Position numbers and translations under genes: made by a program. 64,000 bases of DNA from Utricularia gibba (lineage: Eukaryota; Plantae; Magnoliophyta): the NCBI GenBank assembly GCA_002189035.1, contig NEEC01000011.1, forward strand, positions 62,001-126,000, written 5' to 3'. Positions 27,831 through 39,831 of the stretch are shown here, one piece after another. Numbering within the stretch: position 1 is the first letter of the stretch; the number at the start of each line of letters is the position of its first letter. The notes beneath the pieces were generated by a model, which worked only from the letters and a program-made list of their open reading frames with translations, did not search any database and was not told where the DNA came from.

Positions 27831-28352
27831 GGTTTTCATGGAAGCTTACGTGGTGATTCCATTTTGCTTATTAAATTTCCGGAAATCGTTATATACATGT
27901 AATTTGTTTCCATACAATGGAATTTCCATTTACATTATGTAAATTCCATTCAATTGGGCGGTAAAATAAGGCGCCATCTCTTTTTTTTTTACCTCCACTC
28001 CAGATGTTCGCTGTCGCAACTGCTCTCTGGTCTTCTGCAGTGTCCTTTCTGCCTTCGCAATCATGGGTTTACCAGCTAATCTACTCGATGCCAGAAGCTT
28101 GAGGGATCTATAAGGAAAGCTGCGGTAGGAGATTAGGGAGAGGAGGAACTCTTGGACGACAGTAGCACCAATTCCACTAACCCTTCCATTCTTCCGCACG
28201 TAAGGTTCTTCCTCACTCACACCACATTTGAATCAGGTGCTCTCATCATCAGATGCATCTATTTTGACAATTACATGAATTTCTCTAATATAGGTTTTGG
28301 ATAATTAGGGGTATTAATGTTTACATAAATTTGATTGTGCATTTTTATAAGA

Positions 28353-29323
28353 TGGTTGATAGAGTATTAGTTTCTACAAGATGGTGTGAAGATGATAAAC
28401 TCATTCTTGTTTCGGCTTGGCTTAATGTAAACAATGATTCAGAACGTGGAACTTCACAAAAAGGAAATAATTTGTGGCAAAAAATACATGAGTATTATCA
28501 TCAAGCCGAACCAACTTGAGGTCGTACTCAAGATATAATTTTTTGAAAAGGGGTAAGTTTAAATCGTTCTATAAGCAAGTTTAGTGGTTGTTTTGATCGT
28601 ATTGTTGCAAGAGGAGGGAGCGGATTCAATGAACATGATTTTAAGCAACAAGCTTTAGAGTTGTACAAAGTTGAAGTGAATAAAGATTTTATTGATATCA
28701 AATGTTGGGAGATACTACGCAATGAGCCAAAATGGATGTCGTTAAGAAATGTTATGTTGTTTTGAATTTATTTGTTATTAGTTCTAATGTTTTTTTTTTT
28801 TTTACAAGACTAATGGAATGACAAGTGCTAATCAAGTAACTCAACTTCAAAGCACTATGGAATCTCTATCAAATGAGCATGGTAAATTTTTAATACACTT
28901 GATCTTTATATTTACTTTCCATTGTTTATTTCTTATTATTTATTCTTATTTTTTTTAGGTCTTGATAATATTGAAACATCACCTACTCCACCGGAAGAAA
29001 GACCAATTGGGCAAAAGGCGGCAAAACATAAGCGCATGGAAAAACAAGTGGTTGGATCAACTTCTAAACAAGTTGCATATTCAAAACTTCAAAATGATAT
29101 CAAGGCAATGAAGATAAGTATTGATAAGAGAAATGAATTGATATGGCAATTCAATCAACTATATATGGCATCCTTGACAAATGAACTTTTAAAGGTAGAT
29201 GTTGCAAATATGACTCCGGAACAAAAGAAGGTGCAAGAACTTGCATATCATGATCTCGCTAATGCTTCAACAATTTCTGCCCCAATTATCCGAAACCAAG
29301 AGGAGGATGCATCGGATGATTAA
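28353..29323 (+). pseudogene. Pong-like ORF1 (Myb/SANT-like, NAM-associated C-terminal domain), disrupted
   Basis: W.EDDKLILVSAWLN..D..GTSQKGNNLWQKIHEYY; ISKFSGCFDR..SG..DFKQQALELY..CWEILRNEPKW; RPIGQKAAK. It has two apparent introns (about 28751-28808 and 28882-28958), an in-frame TGA and a frameshift near 28520-28560. Confidence 0.85.
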
Positions 29324-30065
29324 TATTATTGTATTTGACTTTGAAGCATGATTTCCATTAGAGACTTGTTTTTAGGATAACTCTGTTTGTATTTTTTTGA
29401 TGCAATCCTGTGTTGATTAAAAACTTGTTATCTTAGTCATTATCCCAGCAAAATTTCGGGATTTATTTTTATGCACACTTAAAGAGGTCTGTGGTGGTGT
29501 TCTTTGCTGTCGGTTCATTTCTCCTTCCCATTCTCTCAGTATTTTTATTTGGGTCGCTCTCCTTGTATTTAATCTTAACTTGTGTCTATTTTCTAGAGCT
29601 TTCATATGATCTTTAATTTATTCATGTTGCACATCCTTTTTGGAGCATATTCCCTCTCTGGGTTTTGGTTGAGAGTTCTACAGAATATTTTCCTTGACCG
29701 CAGCCTGTTGTTTTGGATACCAACTGAATATGCGAAAAGACTGGAATTGATTCTTGTAGTTCAATGTTATTCCTCGGAGTTGTTCCATTCTACTTTAGTC
29801 TTTTGGCCAGTGTTAAGTGTAAAACAATGATTCTGATTACATTTGCAGTAAAAATTGATTTCAACAGCAAACCGGCCAGTTTGAACTTGCTGTGAAAATA
29901 CAGATGGTGACCTTATTTCATGCTGAGATTTACTGTTGATGAGATTTCAACCGATTCGGAAATACAGATGGTATTGATGTGCACTGTGATGCTATTATTT
30001 TCTGGAGTTTTACTGGAAGAAATGGTGATTTGTGTTGTTATTTGAATTATTGCATCTGTTTGCAG

Positions 30066-30382
30066 CTGAAGCCATACTTCTTGGATTTCAACACTATCTT
30101 GTGATGCTTGGAACAACTGTCATCATACTCACAGCTCTGGTTCCTCAAATGGGAGGGGGAAATGCAAGTTTTTTAAAGTCCTTTGCATTTTGATTCTCTT
30201 GACCATTGATGCTCTTGTGCATTTTGATTCAGACTTTGCTGTTTATTGCCGGACTAAATACCCTGCTACACACTTCTTTTGGAACAAGGCTGCCTGTTGT
30301 AATTGGAGGTTCTTACACATTCGTTGCGCCTACCATCTCTATTATACTTTCTGGCAGATGGAGTGACCCAGATCCTGAATCG
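30066..30382 (+). pseudogene. NAT: Nucleobase-ascorbate transporter (NAT / xanthine-uracil permease) gene fragment, two exons
   Basis: Exon 30066-30163 encodes (P)EAILLGFQHYLVMLGTTVIILTALVPQMGGGN. Exon remnant 30227-30382 encodes IQTLLFIAGLNTLLHTSFGTRLPVVIGGSYTFVAPTISIILSGRWSDPDPES. No upstream coding exon or downstream exons are present. Confidence 0.9.
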
Positions 30383-30479
30383 GTCTGTATGGCTTCTTTT
30401 ATGTCTCATCTTGCTACTTCTAACAACACACTGGTCCATAAGACGTGCTTCATAGTTTTACAAGAAAATTAGTAAAATT

Positions 30480-31240
30480 ATATAAAAATATAATTGATAA
30501 AATAAAATTGTTAATTGAAATAAAAATTAAATCATTTAATAAATAAAAACAAACTTGGTAAAATAAAATTGGTTAACATAAATGTATTTGATAAAAATAC
30601 ATAGTAGTAGTTAAAATAAAAATTAAATCACATTATAAATATAAATATGTTTAATAGAAATAAAATTGGTAATTGAAATAAGAATTAAACGATATATTTA
30701 CTAGATATCGGTATTTAAAATAAAAATTAAATCACCTAATATATATAAATATATTTGATATAAATAGTATCGATAATTGAAATAAAAATTAAATCACCTA
30801 GTAAATATAAATATAATTGATAGAAATCACATCAATAATTGAAATACATAGTAAATACAAATATATTTGATAGAAATAGCATCCGTAGTTGAAATAAAAA
30901 TTAAATCACCTACTAAACATAAATATATTGGATAGAAATAACATAAGTGGCTGAAATACCTAGTAAATATAAATATATTTGATAAAAATATCATCGGTAA
31001 TTGAAATAAAATTAAATCATCTAGTAAACATAAATATATTTGATAGAAATAACATCGGTAGTTGAAATACATAGTAAATATAAATATATTTGATAAAAAT
31101 ATCATTGGTAATTGAAATAAAATTAAATCATCTAGTAAACATAAATATATTTGATAGAAATAACATAAGTAGTTGAAATAAAAATTAAATCATCTAATAA
31201 ATAGAAATAGCATTGGTAATTGAAATAAATATATGCATTA
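30480..31240. repeat. AT-rich minisatellite with alternating about 60/51-bp units (about 111-bp higher-order unit)
   Basis: Recurring TAGTAAA(T/C)ATAAATATATTTGATA(A/G)AAATA..ATCGGTA(A/G)TTGAAATA. The spurious ORF 30827..31105 repeats with a 37-aa period. Confidence 0.85.
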
Positions 31241-31804
31241 CAATAAATTTTGTAGTTGAACTAAACCCTATTGATGGGGTACAAATCGGGTATAATCAGT
31301 CGATCTCTGAAAAGCTGCCGAAAATGATTCTGAAAGGATAACGCCAGGCGACAGATCAATATCTGTCAGAAATCTGACAGGTACGGCCATATGATACAGT
31401 CTGAAAAGCAGCCGAATTACGGCATAACGGGTGGCCGATATCTGAAAAGCGAGATCATATAGCAGGTGCAGTAGCCAACCGATATTTGCAGATGTCAGGG
31501 TTCAATTAGGATGAGCTCTCCTATCAATAGACGGAATTATGATAAGGAAGGGGTTGGACAAAAAAAAGATTTCTTCAATTTGTATTCTCCTCTTCGCGAT
31601 CTCCATTTAGTGAAACTCTTTTCCGGCGAGCTCCGGCAGCTCTGTGGTTTTTCCGCTTTCCGGTGGTTTCCATGTAAAAAATCCTTGCTCATTCTTATTT
31701 CAATCGCACCAACCGTGAAGAACGTGACTAAGCGTGGCATTCCCGACTGCGCCTATCACCTGAAATTGGCCTCCCAACGGATACCGATTTCACCCATAAC
31801 ATAT

Positions 31805-31823
31805 TTAGCGCCCACCGTGGGGC
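31805..31823 (+). promoter_or_regulatory. Primer binding site (tRNA-Lys CUU)
   Basis: TTAGCGCCCACCGTGGGGC, close to the canonical TGGCGCCCACCGTGGGGC, which is complementary to the 3' end of plant tRNA-Lys(CUU). It sits directly after the 5' LTR. Confidence 0.85.
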
Positions 31824-31879
31824 TACGTTCCATAGTTCCATTTGAGAAACCCACAGGAGCCACTCGCTAATCACGAGTC

Positions 31880-34800
31880 ATGGCGGAAAATAGCACAGCC
31901 ACCGACCTGGTTCATGATGGAAAATAGCACAGCCACCGACCCGGTTCATGACGGAAGTGATGACGCGTGAGACCCCGGCCTTATGATCACTAGTAGGGAG
32001 CAACTGAAGGCCCTGCTAACGGAAATCCTTACCAACCTCTGGGCACCTTCAGGTCTCAACTCCAACGCCCAGGAGAGAACACCCGAAACTGCACCACGAA
32101 CGGCGAAGCAACCTCTTATTCCAGAGTACCCCCCAGATACGGAGACTGAATCCAAAACCGAAGAGGAGATGCTGCGGAGAAAGAGGCACAACCAAGTCAA
32201 GTATGAGCCAGGAGCTGATAGGGAAAACATGACTAGCAAAATCTTGGAAGAAAGAGAAGAAGAGTTGAAGAGAGAGTTAGACTAGATCCGCGAGAGGAAA
32301 AGATTTATCGACAAGCAGATGTTGGCAGGGAGAAGAGAGGATAGAGGCTTCAAGGACGTTTTCGATCAGAACGTATCCACTGGGAGAGTAGATGTTTTGG
32401 CCGATATTGCTTTGGCCTTGAAGAGTGGAGTTGAGGGAGCAGCTGGAACCACAACGCTGCGTTTTGACCCTTTCTTGGACGATTTAGTCGAAGAAGAGCC
32501 TGAGAGAGGATTCAGAGTCCCAGACGGATTACCCACGTATGACGGAAAAGGGGACCCCATATCGCATGTAATCGACTTCGATATGAGGATGTCCACGGTT
32601 CGACATTCAGAGGCCATGAAGTGTAAGCTGTTTGCTTGCTCGCTCCAGAAAAGAGCGAAGACTTGGTTTAAACAGTTAGAACCATGCAGCGTGGCATCTT
32701 ATCGGGAATTAGTACTGCTCTTCACTACCCAATATGCTGTTAACATTGAAGCTCCACCTTCGAATGCATCACTATACTCTATTCGGTATGATCACCGAAA
32801 AGAGAGCTTGCGAAGATTCATCGATTGATTCAACTGCTTGGTGCAGGATGTCCAATTGGATTTAAAAGAAAGGGTGGAAATAATGAAGCGGGCCTTAGGA
32901 ATGTCGAAATTGGGACAGAGTCTATCGAAGTCCCCACCAAAGAATCTCGGAGAATTGCTAAGGAAAATCATGAAGTACATCCGAGTGGACGATGACCTCA
33001 GGGCCGAGATGAAAAGCCGCGTGGAGATTCGTCTAGTCCCACAGCAGGAGACCCAACTTAACCGGGGACCCAGGCCGAATAAGCGCCGTGAAGTATATCA
33101 GGTGGAACCAACCAGAACAGATGCCTACTACGAAATACACAAGACCACCGGGCATGATACTGCCCACTGCCGACTGATGAAGAGGATGATCGAGCAGTAT
33201 CATGCTGGTCGGAGGATGAACAACGCGATGCGAAACCCCGCATCAATGACGGACCGGAAAAGAGGACGTAACGAGCGAACGGGGAACGAAGGGAACCGAT
33301 ATCCGAAATTCCCTCCGAAAGCGGGGATGGCGAACTCGCGAGCCAACAGGTAACCGAATCTTGGAGGAGGACAAGACATACCGGAAAGTTCACGGAGTGC
33401 CCATCAAATGCAGGGTAGTCCCCTCTATATTCAGGAAATCCATATGATATCCGGAGGAACCGAGATAGACGTGTCCGGAAAGGAATGGAAGAGATATTTG
33501 GATGAAGCTAGAAGAGGAGAAGTTTTCGAAATCGGAAATGGTCCGACTGAGAAAGCTGCTTGAGAAAAGGAAGAGATCAGCTTCTCCGACAAAGACGTCC
33601 CGGTTGGCCCAGCCATGAGCCTTTTGGTGGTGTCAGGAATATGTGGGAGCACCAAGGTAAGGAGGATTCTTATCGATCAAGGATCCTCGTGCAACATCAT
33701 GAAGAAGGAAGTGGCCGAGTTACTGGCGTCATCTAACGAGGGAAATATCCGCCATGTGCGCATGAAGTTGTACGCATTCAACCAGCGGGCCGTGCAAACT
33801 ATCGGGAAAATAACCCTGCCCGTAACATTCGGAGCGGCAGGGCGGAGCCGAACCGAGAGGTTGGAATTCTTAATCTTGGATTCAGAGATCTCGTACAACA
33901 TCATCCTCGGGCGACCCGGCATCAACCAATTCGGTATGTTACCCTCCACTGTGCATTTGAGAATCAAATTCCCAACATCGAAGGGCATTTGCACGATGGG
34001 TATCGACCAACGAACTGCTCGATATGTTACCCTCCACTGTGCCGGATCCCAATTTCTGAGCATCATGGATGCCTATTCGGGGTATCATCAAATTTTCGTT
34101 GCAGAGAAAGACCAACCGAAAACCACCTTCTACACTAAGGATGGGGTTTACTGCTACGTGGCAATGCCTTTCGGATTGAAGAATGATGGGGCGACTTACC
34201 AGAGGTTGGTAAATAAAATATTCTCTTCTGAAATCGGTACCTCAATGGAGGTGTATGTGGACGATATGATCGTGAAATCTATGAATGAAGAAGACCATTT
34301 AGTGTATTTGGATTCGTGTTTCTCTTTATGTCGGTCATATGGGTTAAAGCTCAACCCATTGAAATGTTGTTTGGGGTGCAAAGTGGAAAATTCCTTGGGT
34401 ATTACGTATCGGAGAGAGGAATCGAGGCTGACCCCGAGAAGATTAAGGCAATATGCGAAATGCAACCCCTAAGGACAATCAAGGAGTACCAGAGCCTCAC
34501 GAGTAAATTGGCTGCCCTCAGCCGTTTCATATCTCGGTCAGCCGATAAGTCGGCATCCTTCTTCAAGGTCTTGCGAAAGGGAAGCACTTTAGAATGGAAC
34601 GAGGATTGCCGGATTGCTTTTGAGAAACTCAAGGAATATCTCTCATCACCCCCATTTCTTGTGGCTCTGAAAGCAGGGGAGCCCTTAGGACTATATCTGT
34701 CTATATCGCCCGTTGCAATCAGCGCAGTCTTGACAACCATCTCAGCAGATAATCACTTGCCGGTGTATTATGTAAGCAAAGTTTTGTTACCGGCCGAAAC

Positions 34801-36760
34801 TCACTATACGGTAACAGAAAAATTCATCTTGGCTCTGAAGATGGCAGCCACCAAATTGAGGTCATATTTCCAAGATCGGCACACCATGGTATTCACCAAT
34901 CAGCCTCTGAAGAACATCCTGTCTCGTCCAGAGATTTCCGAAAGGGTTGCCAAATGGGCAGTTGAATTAAGTACAATGGATATTGAGTTTAAGTTGAGAA
35001 CAGCAATCAAGGCCCAACCTCTTGCTGATTTTGTGATCGAAATGAATAGGCCTATAGACCGTTTCATGGAAGCCAATGACCAATGGGCTATGTACGTGGA
35101 TGGCTCAACATACAACGGCGCCGGAGGAGGGATAGACATTAGAACCCGAGAAGGAGAGCATATTTATATTATGGTGACATTCTTATTCCCTTTCTCCAAC
35201 AATGTGGCCGAATATGAAGCCCTGATCGAGGGAATGAAAATCGCCAAGGAGCTGGGAGTGGCAGAACTCGAAGTTTACACCGACTTGCGGCTTGTGCAAG
35301 GGCAGTTTTTGGGAGAATACGAAACCCATGACTCCCTCATGGCTCTGTACTGTGTCCAGGTGAAGGAATTGGCTAAAACCTTCAAGAAGTTCACCCTGTC
35401 GCACGTAGCACGTGAGAAAAACGGGTCCGCGGATAGCCTCGCCCGATTCGCAGTAGGGTTTCACGAGTTAAGGGAAGGAAGTGTGACAATTCGGTTGCGG
35501 GACCAACCTTCGGTGAACCTACGAGCTGTGAATCATATCACCCAGCAACCGGGAAACGATATCTCTTCACAACTAAGTCCCCTTGATGACTACACGACGC
35601 CCTACATCCGGTATTTACAAAATGGGAAAACCCCATCTGATAAGCCGAAAGCCCGATAGTTAGAGACTAGAGTGAAGAGGTATACGTTAGTGAATGGAAT
35701 TCTCTATCGCAAATCCTTAGATGGACCCTTATTGAGGTGCATCGGGGCAAAGCACTCTCAAGAACTCATAACCGATCTACATGAGGGTGAATGCGGCAGC
35801 CATATTGGAATACGATCCTTATGCCGGAAAGTTCTAAGAATCGGGTACTACTGGCCAACTATGAAGTAGGATATTACCGATATGGTGAAGAAGTGCAAAG
35901 TGTGCCAATACCATGCAAGTATACCAAGAAAACCAGTAAGCAAATTGACCTCTCTCCCACTCTCCTGCCCCTTCGACCGATGGGGGGTGGATATAATGGG
36001 GCCTTTCCCCCACACCTCGGGTCAAAGGAAATTCGTCATCATGGCTGTCGAGTATTTTTCCAAGTGGGTAGAGGCTGAAGCCGTGGCAAAGATCTTCTGT
36101 GGAAAAACATCTTCATAACGGAACTCAATTCACCGGAGGGAAAATGGATGCATTCTTGGATAAGTATTCGGTCAAGCACAACTTCACCTTGGTATATCAC
36201 CCGCAAAGCAATGGCCTCATAGAGGTAACGAACCGAACGCTCCGACTAGGTATGAAGACTAAGCTCGAAGATTTTGGGGGGTCATGGGCAGATCGTTTAG
36301 ATGAGGTACTGTGGTTATATCGCACTACCCCTCGAACCACCATAGAAGAGTCCCCATTCTTATTGGTTTACGGTTCAGAAGCCATATGCCCTATCGAACT
36401 GACCTTGAAGAGCTACCGGGTAGAGCATTATAACGAAGAAGAGAATATTGAACTTTGAAAGGTGGAATTGGAGCTGTTGGAAGAGAAGCGACGAAGCATC
36501 TATAGCCGACTAGGGCTTATCAGAGAAAAACGGAGAAGAGTTACAACAACTCGGTATCCCCAAGGGAATTCTCCGAGGGAGATTTGGTGCTCCGAAGCAT
36601 CCAACCACAAAGACACGTCGGGAAATTAGACCGCAACTAGGAAGGCCCTTATCGGATTTCAAGGGTGATCGAAAAAGGAGCATATCGCCTGGAACAATTA
36701 GATGGCGTGGAACTCCCAAGGTCGTGGAATGCATCGCATCTAAGGAAGTTCTACGCCTAA
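31880..36760 (+). pseudogene. Tat gag-pol (gag, protease, partly deleted RT, dual RNase H region, integrase) with stops and frameshifts
   Basis: gag LPTYDGKGDPISHV..MKCKLFACSL; protease RRILIDQGSSCNIM..YNIILGRPGIN; RT MDAYSGYHQI, MPFGLKN.GATYQRLV, VYVDDMIVKS; RNase H WAVEL, MYVDGS..NNVAEYEALI; integrase HEGECGSH, WGVDIMGPFP, HPQSNG..E; ends RSWNASHLRKFYA*. Confidence 0.93.
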
Positions 36761-37551
36761 CCGACTCAATATCAATCTCTGTCACAGGATTCGGCATTCT
36801 CTTCCCCAAAACACTCATGCACCTATAAACTCCTCCGAAATGGAGATGGGAAAACAAAACACAAGCCCTGGCTGAATCGCGTAAGCCCAGGTAGACCATC
36901 AAAGATCTAAAGCTCTGGCCAAGTAACGTAAGCCCAGGCGAATCTCCTAAATCGGAGTCCCCTGCAGGATACAGAAAATCAACTCGGGGTCTCCCTCGAT
37001 ATATATATGCAATCCACCAACCCAGGCGTCAATAGCAAGAATGAGCCCTGGTACGATTCGGGCACCGGTTTATGTAAACCGCACGCGTAAGCCCCGAAAA
37101 GCCTTTAAGTATTGACATTATTGTCGGAATCTCGAGGCAGCAAGAGCACCCGAAGCAAATCCACCCATGTTCTAAACAATGGGGTGTGGCCAGAAGAGGG
37201 CCTTTTCGGATTGGGGAAGTCGCTCAACCCATGAGGGGTTCCGACCTACTTCCCTAGCAGCAGTTCAGCTCGCATGAGGAAGTATTAAGGCAAACTAAAA
37301 TAAAAAATCCCAATCAAAGGGTTGACGAGGAGGCACCCACCCCCGGATCACAAAAGCATAGGCGAATCTCCAAGTCTAAGCACGTAATAGACACAACAAA
37401 CCAACTCGGGGCTTCCCCCGAAATGTGAACGTCACCAAAGGCAAAAGTGATGCGCAAAAAACAGAGTAAATTAGAAGGAAACCCCGAACGGGGAGACCAA
37501 AATTATCCAAAAAGCCCCACAGCAGGGGGAAAAACATCAAGTCAAAAATTA

Positions 37552-39831
37552 CTAAAGTACAGGAGGGGATGGGGGATTATTGGGAGGATTGGCAGAGGAA
37601 CCGGTATGCCGTTCCATCCTTGCCCTCAGCTTGGCGTCATTTTCTCGCCCTATTCTCGCCTGAATCAACGCAGTCAGCTGCTCCCGATCAGCCTCGAACC
37701 CGAACTCTAGTCAGCCGCTCCCGAATCAACGCAGTCGACGATGACGTCCAACATATTTTCATCCTTCTTTAGTGGGTCGATCCCTGCGAAACGCGGATCG
37801 GTGAAGGATAGCCCAAACTCCTGGCTGAACTGACGCCTTTGTCGGTATAAGAGAAGGCCGATTAAGTCCCCGGCATAAATATCAAATAACTCAGAAAAGC
37901 AGGCCGAATTCATAAAGTCCTCCAAAAGTCTCACGTGAGATGCCTCTTGGTTGAGCAACTCGGCCTCCAGGGCCGAAACACGATCCTTGGTTTGTTTCAA
38001 CTCTGCCTCAGCCTCCTCAAGTTGCACCTTGAAACCTTCCTTCTCGGAGTTGGCTTCATCAATTGCCTTCCCCATTTCACTAACAAAGTTCTGCAACTCC
38101 TCTTCTCGACGGGTACGCTACCCAAGCATTCTTCTCAATGCGCTCCCTTCCTCCCCCATTGACCTTATCTTGGCATTCTGAGCCGCGAGTTGAGCCTGAA
38201 GCTGAGAAACTTCCTCTGAATGGGATCCCATTTCCTTGACTATCCCCCATCCGAACGTCAAGGCCTATGACAAAATCGGCAAGTAAGGAACCTGATATAT
38301 ATGATTCCAAAAGAGAGAGAGAATACCTACCAAATCCCTTTAAGTACAATCTCCGGCGGAACTCCCGAAAGATTCGAGGTAGCCTCTTCTAAAGCTCTTC
38401 GCAGCTCCGAGGGGACCGAAGAGAGGAGAAGAGCAGGATCCTCCCTTACCCGAATTGGAGGGCTAGGAATCCCCCCCGCATTACTCGGTGGGATTGATGT
38501 GGAAGCATCGGCCGAAATAAGCCCAGTGTCGGGAATGGGACTTTCACTGGATATCAGCGAGGGAGGAAGCCTTTCTTTTCCTTTTCCCGACAGGGGAGGA
38601 GTCGCTTCCCGAATCCTGGAAACCTCAACCACTTGATCCTCCGGAAGGTGACCGGCAGCATCCGAGTGAGCTGAGGGTGAGTCGGCCTGGGAGAAAAGTT
38701 GAAAAGTTAGAATTAGAGACTCTTAGCAATGGGCCACCAGAAGTCAGACAAACGTGTGCAGAAGGAGCCACACCTGATTCCTGCGTTCGGCGCATCTTAG
38801 CAGAAAAGCGCGCCATCACCGAATCCTCCAAAGCATTCCGTCGAGACATCTTTTCAACTGCATATCAAAGACAAACGGTGAAACGCGATAGAGAAATTAC
38901 AAGATAAGGAAGTGGAACTCGGCTACCTCTTTGCTTTTTAGGAGGTCCCTCGCAGAAACCTTCACCCTTTTTCTCTTTTTTTCGGTTAAAGGCCGAGTAG
39001 GGGATTCGGGGGCCGGATCAGAGGGAACAGGAGATATCGGATCAGAGGTAGGGAGTACAGCCGAGGTAGAAGGGATATTATGTGGAGATTGCAGAAGAAG
39101 TCGATACTCCAAATCGGAACCCGGAGGAATAAGAAAGTCGGGCCACTGCCCATCCCGATCACGACCAAGAATTCTGCATGCGGATAGGGATTCTTGTGAA
39201 AGCATCAGGGCCCGAGACTCGAATCTAACGGAGCATTCACCTAGTCACTGATATACTTCCCTACAAGATTCATTAGAGGGATGGAAACGTCCGAAAAGCT
39301 TTACTTGGAAGGGCACGGGGGCTTAATCGGAAAGTTCCACCTGGCCCCAGAGGGGGGAGCGACCCAAATGAAGGATGACCACCAGTTATGATGGGTATTA
39401 GGAGCTCTAAGGATGAAATAGGGGTGGTCTTCAAATCGGAGAAATTGGAAATGAGAGAAACCATGCAAGGGACGTTTAGCCTTACGGACGGCAATTTTGA
39501 AAAGTTGGAAGTAATCCACCAGAGTCATATTCGGGTCCAAACCCGCCGAATAGAAGAGAAAGGTGGTGAAACAGAATATTGAGTTGGGGGAAAGACAGAA
39601 AAGAGGAACAGAGAACATGTTCAAGAATTGAACGATGAGGGGATGGAGCGGAAAGCATAGACCGCTCTCCAGGTAAGCTATAGGGACAGGAAGGCTGAAT
39701 CGGGGAAGGGGTCACTCCCCTGTCCCCCACGGTATCTGACTATCCCTGGCAGGACTAATGATGTACTCATCGGGAATCAAATAGTTGGTCCGAATGGCAG
39801 GGATATTCAATTCACTAGATTTTCTACCCAT
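37552..39831 (-). pseudogene. Antisense additional ORF of the Tat element (Transposase_28-like N-terminus, basic NLS-like patch, coiled-coil C-terminus), disrupted
   Basis: Starts MGRKSSELNIPAIRTNYLIPDEY at 39831; YLESGLCFPLHPLIVQFLNMFSVPLFCLSPNS; NTHHNWWSSFIWV; KKRKR; heptad-rich KVQLEEAEAELKQTKDRVSALEAELL; ends PPSPPVL* at 37552. Several in-frame stops. Confidence 0.75.

Noticed and set aside
31511-31870. ORFs 31511..31870 and 40475..40753 (near-identical peptides) as duplicated small genes
   Set aside because: They lie inside the two LTRs of the Tat element, so the identity simply reflects LTR duplication.
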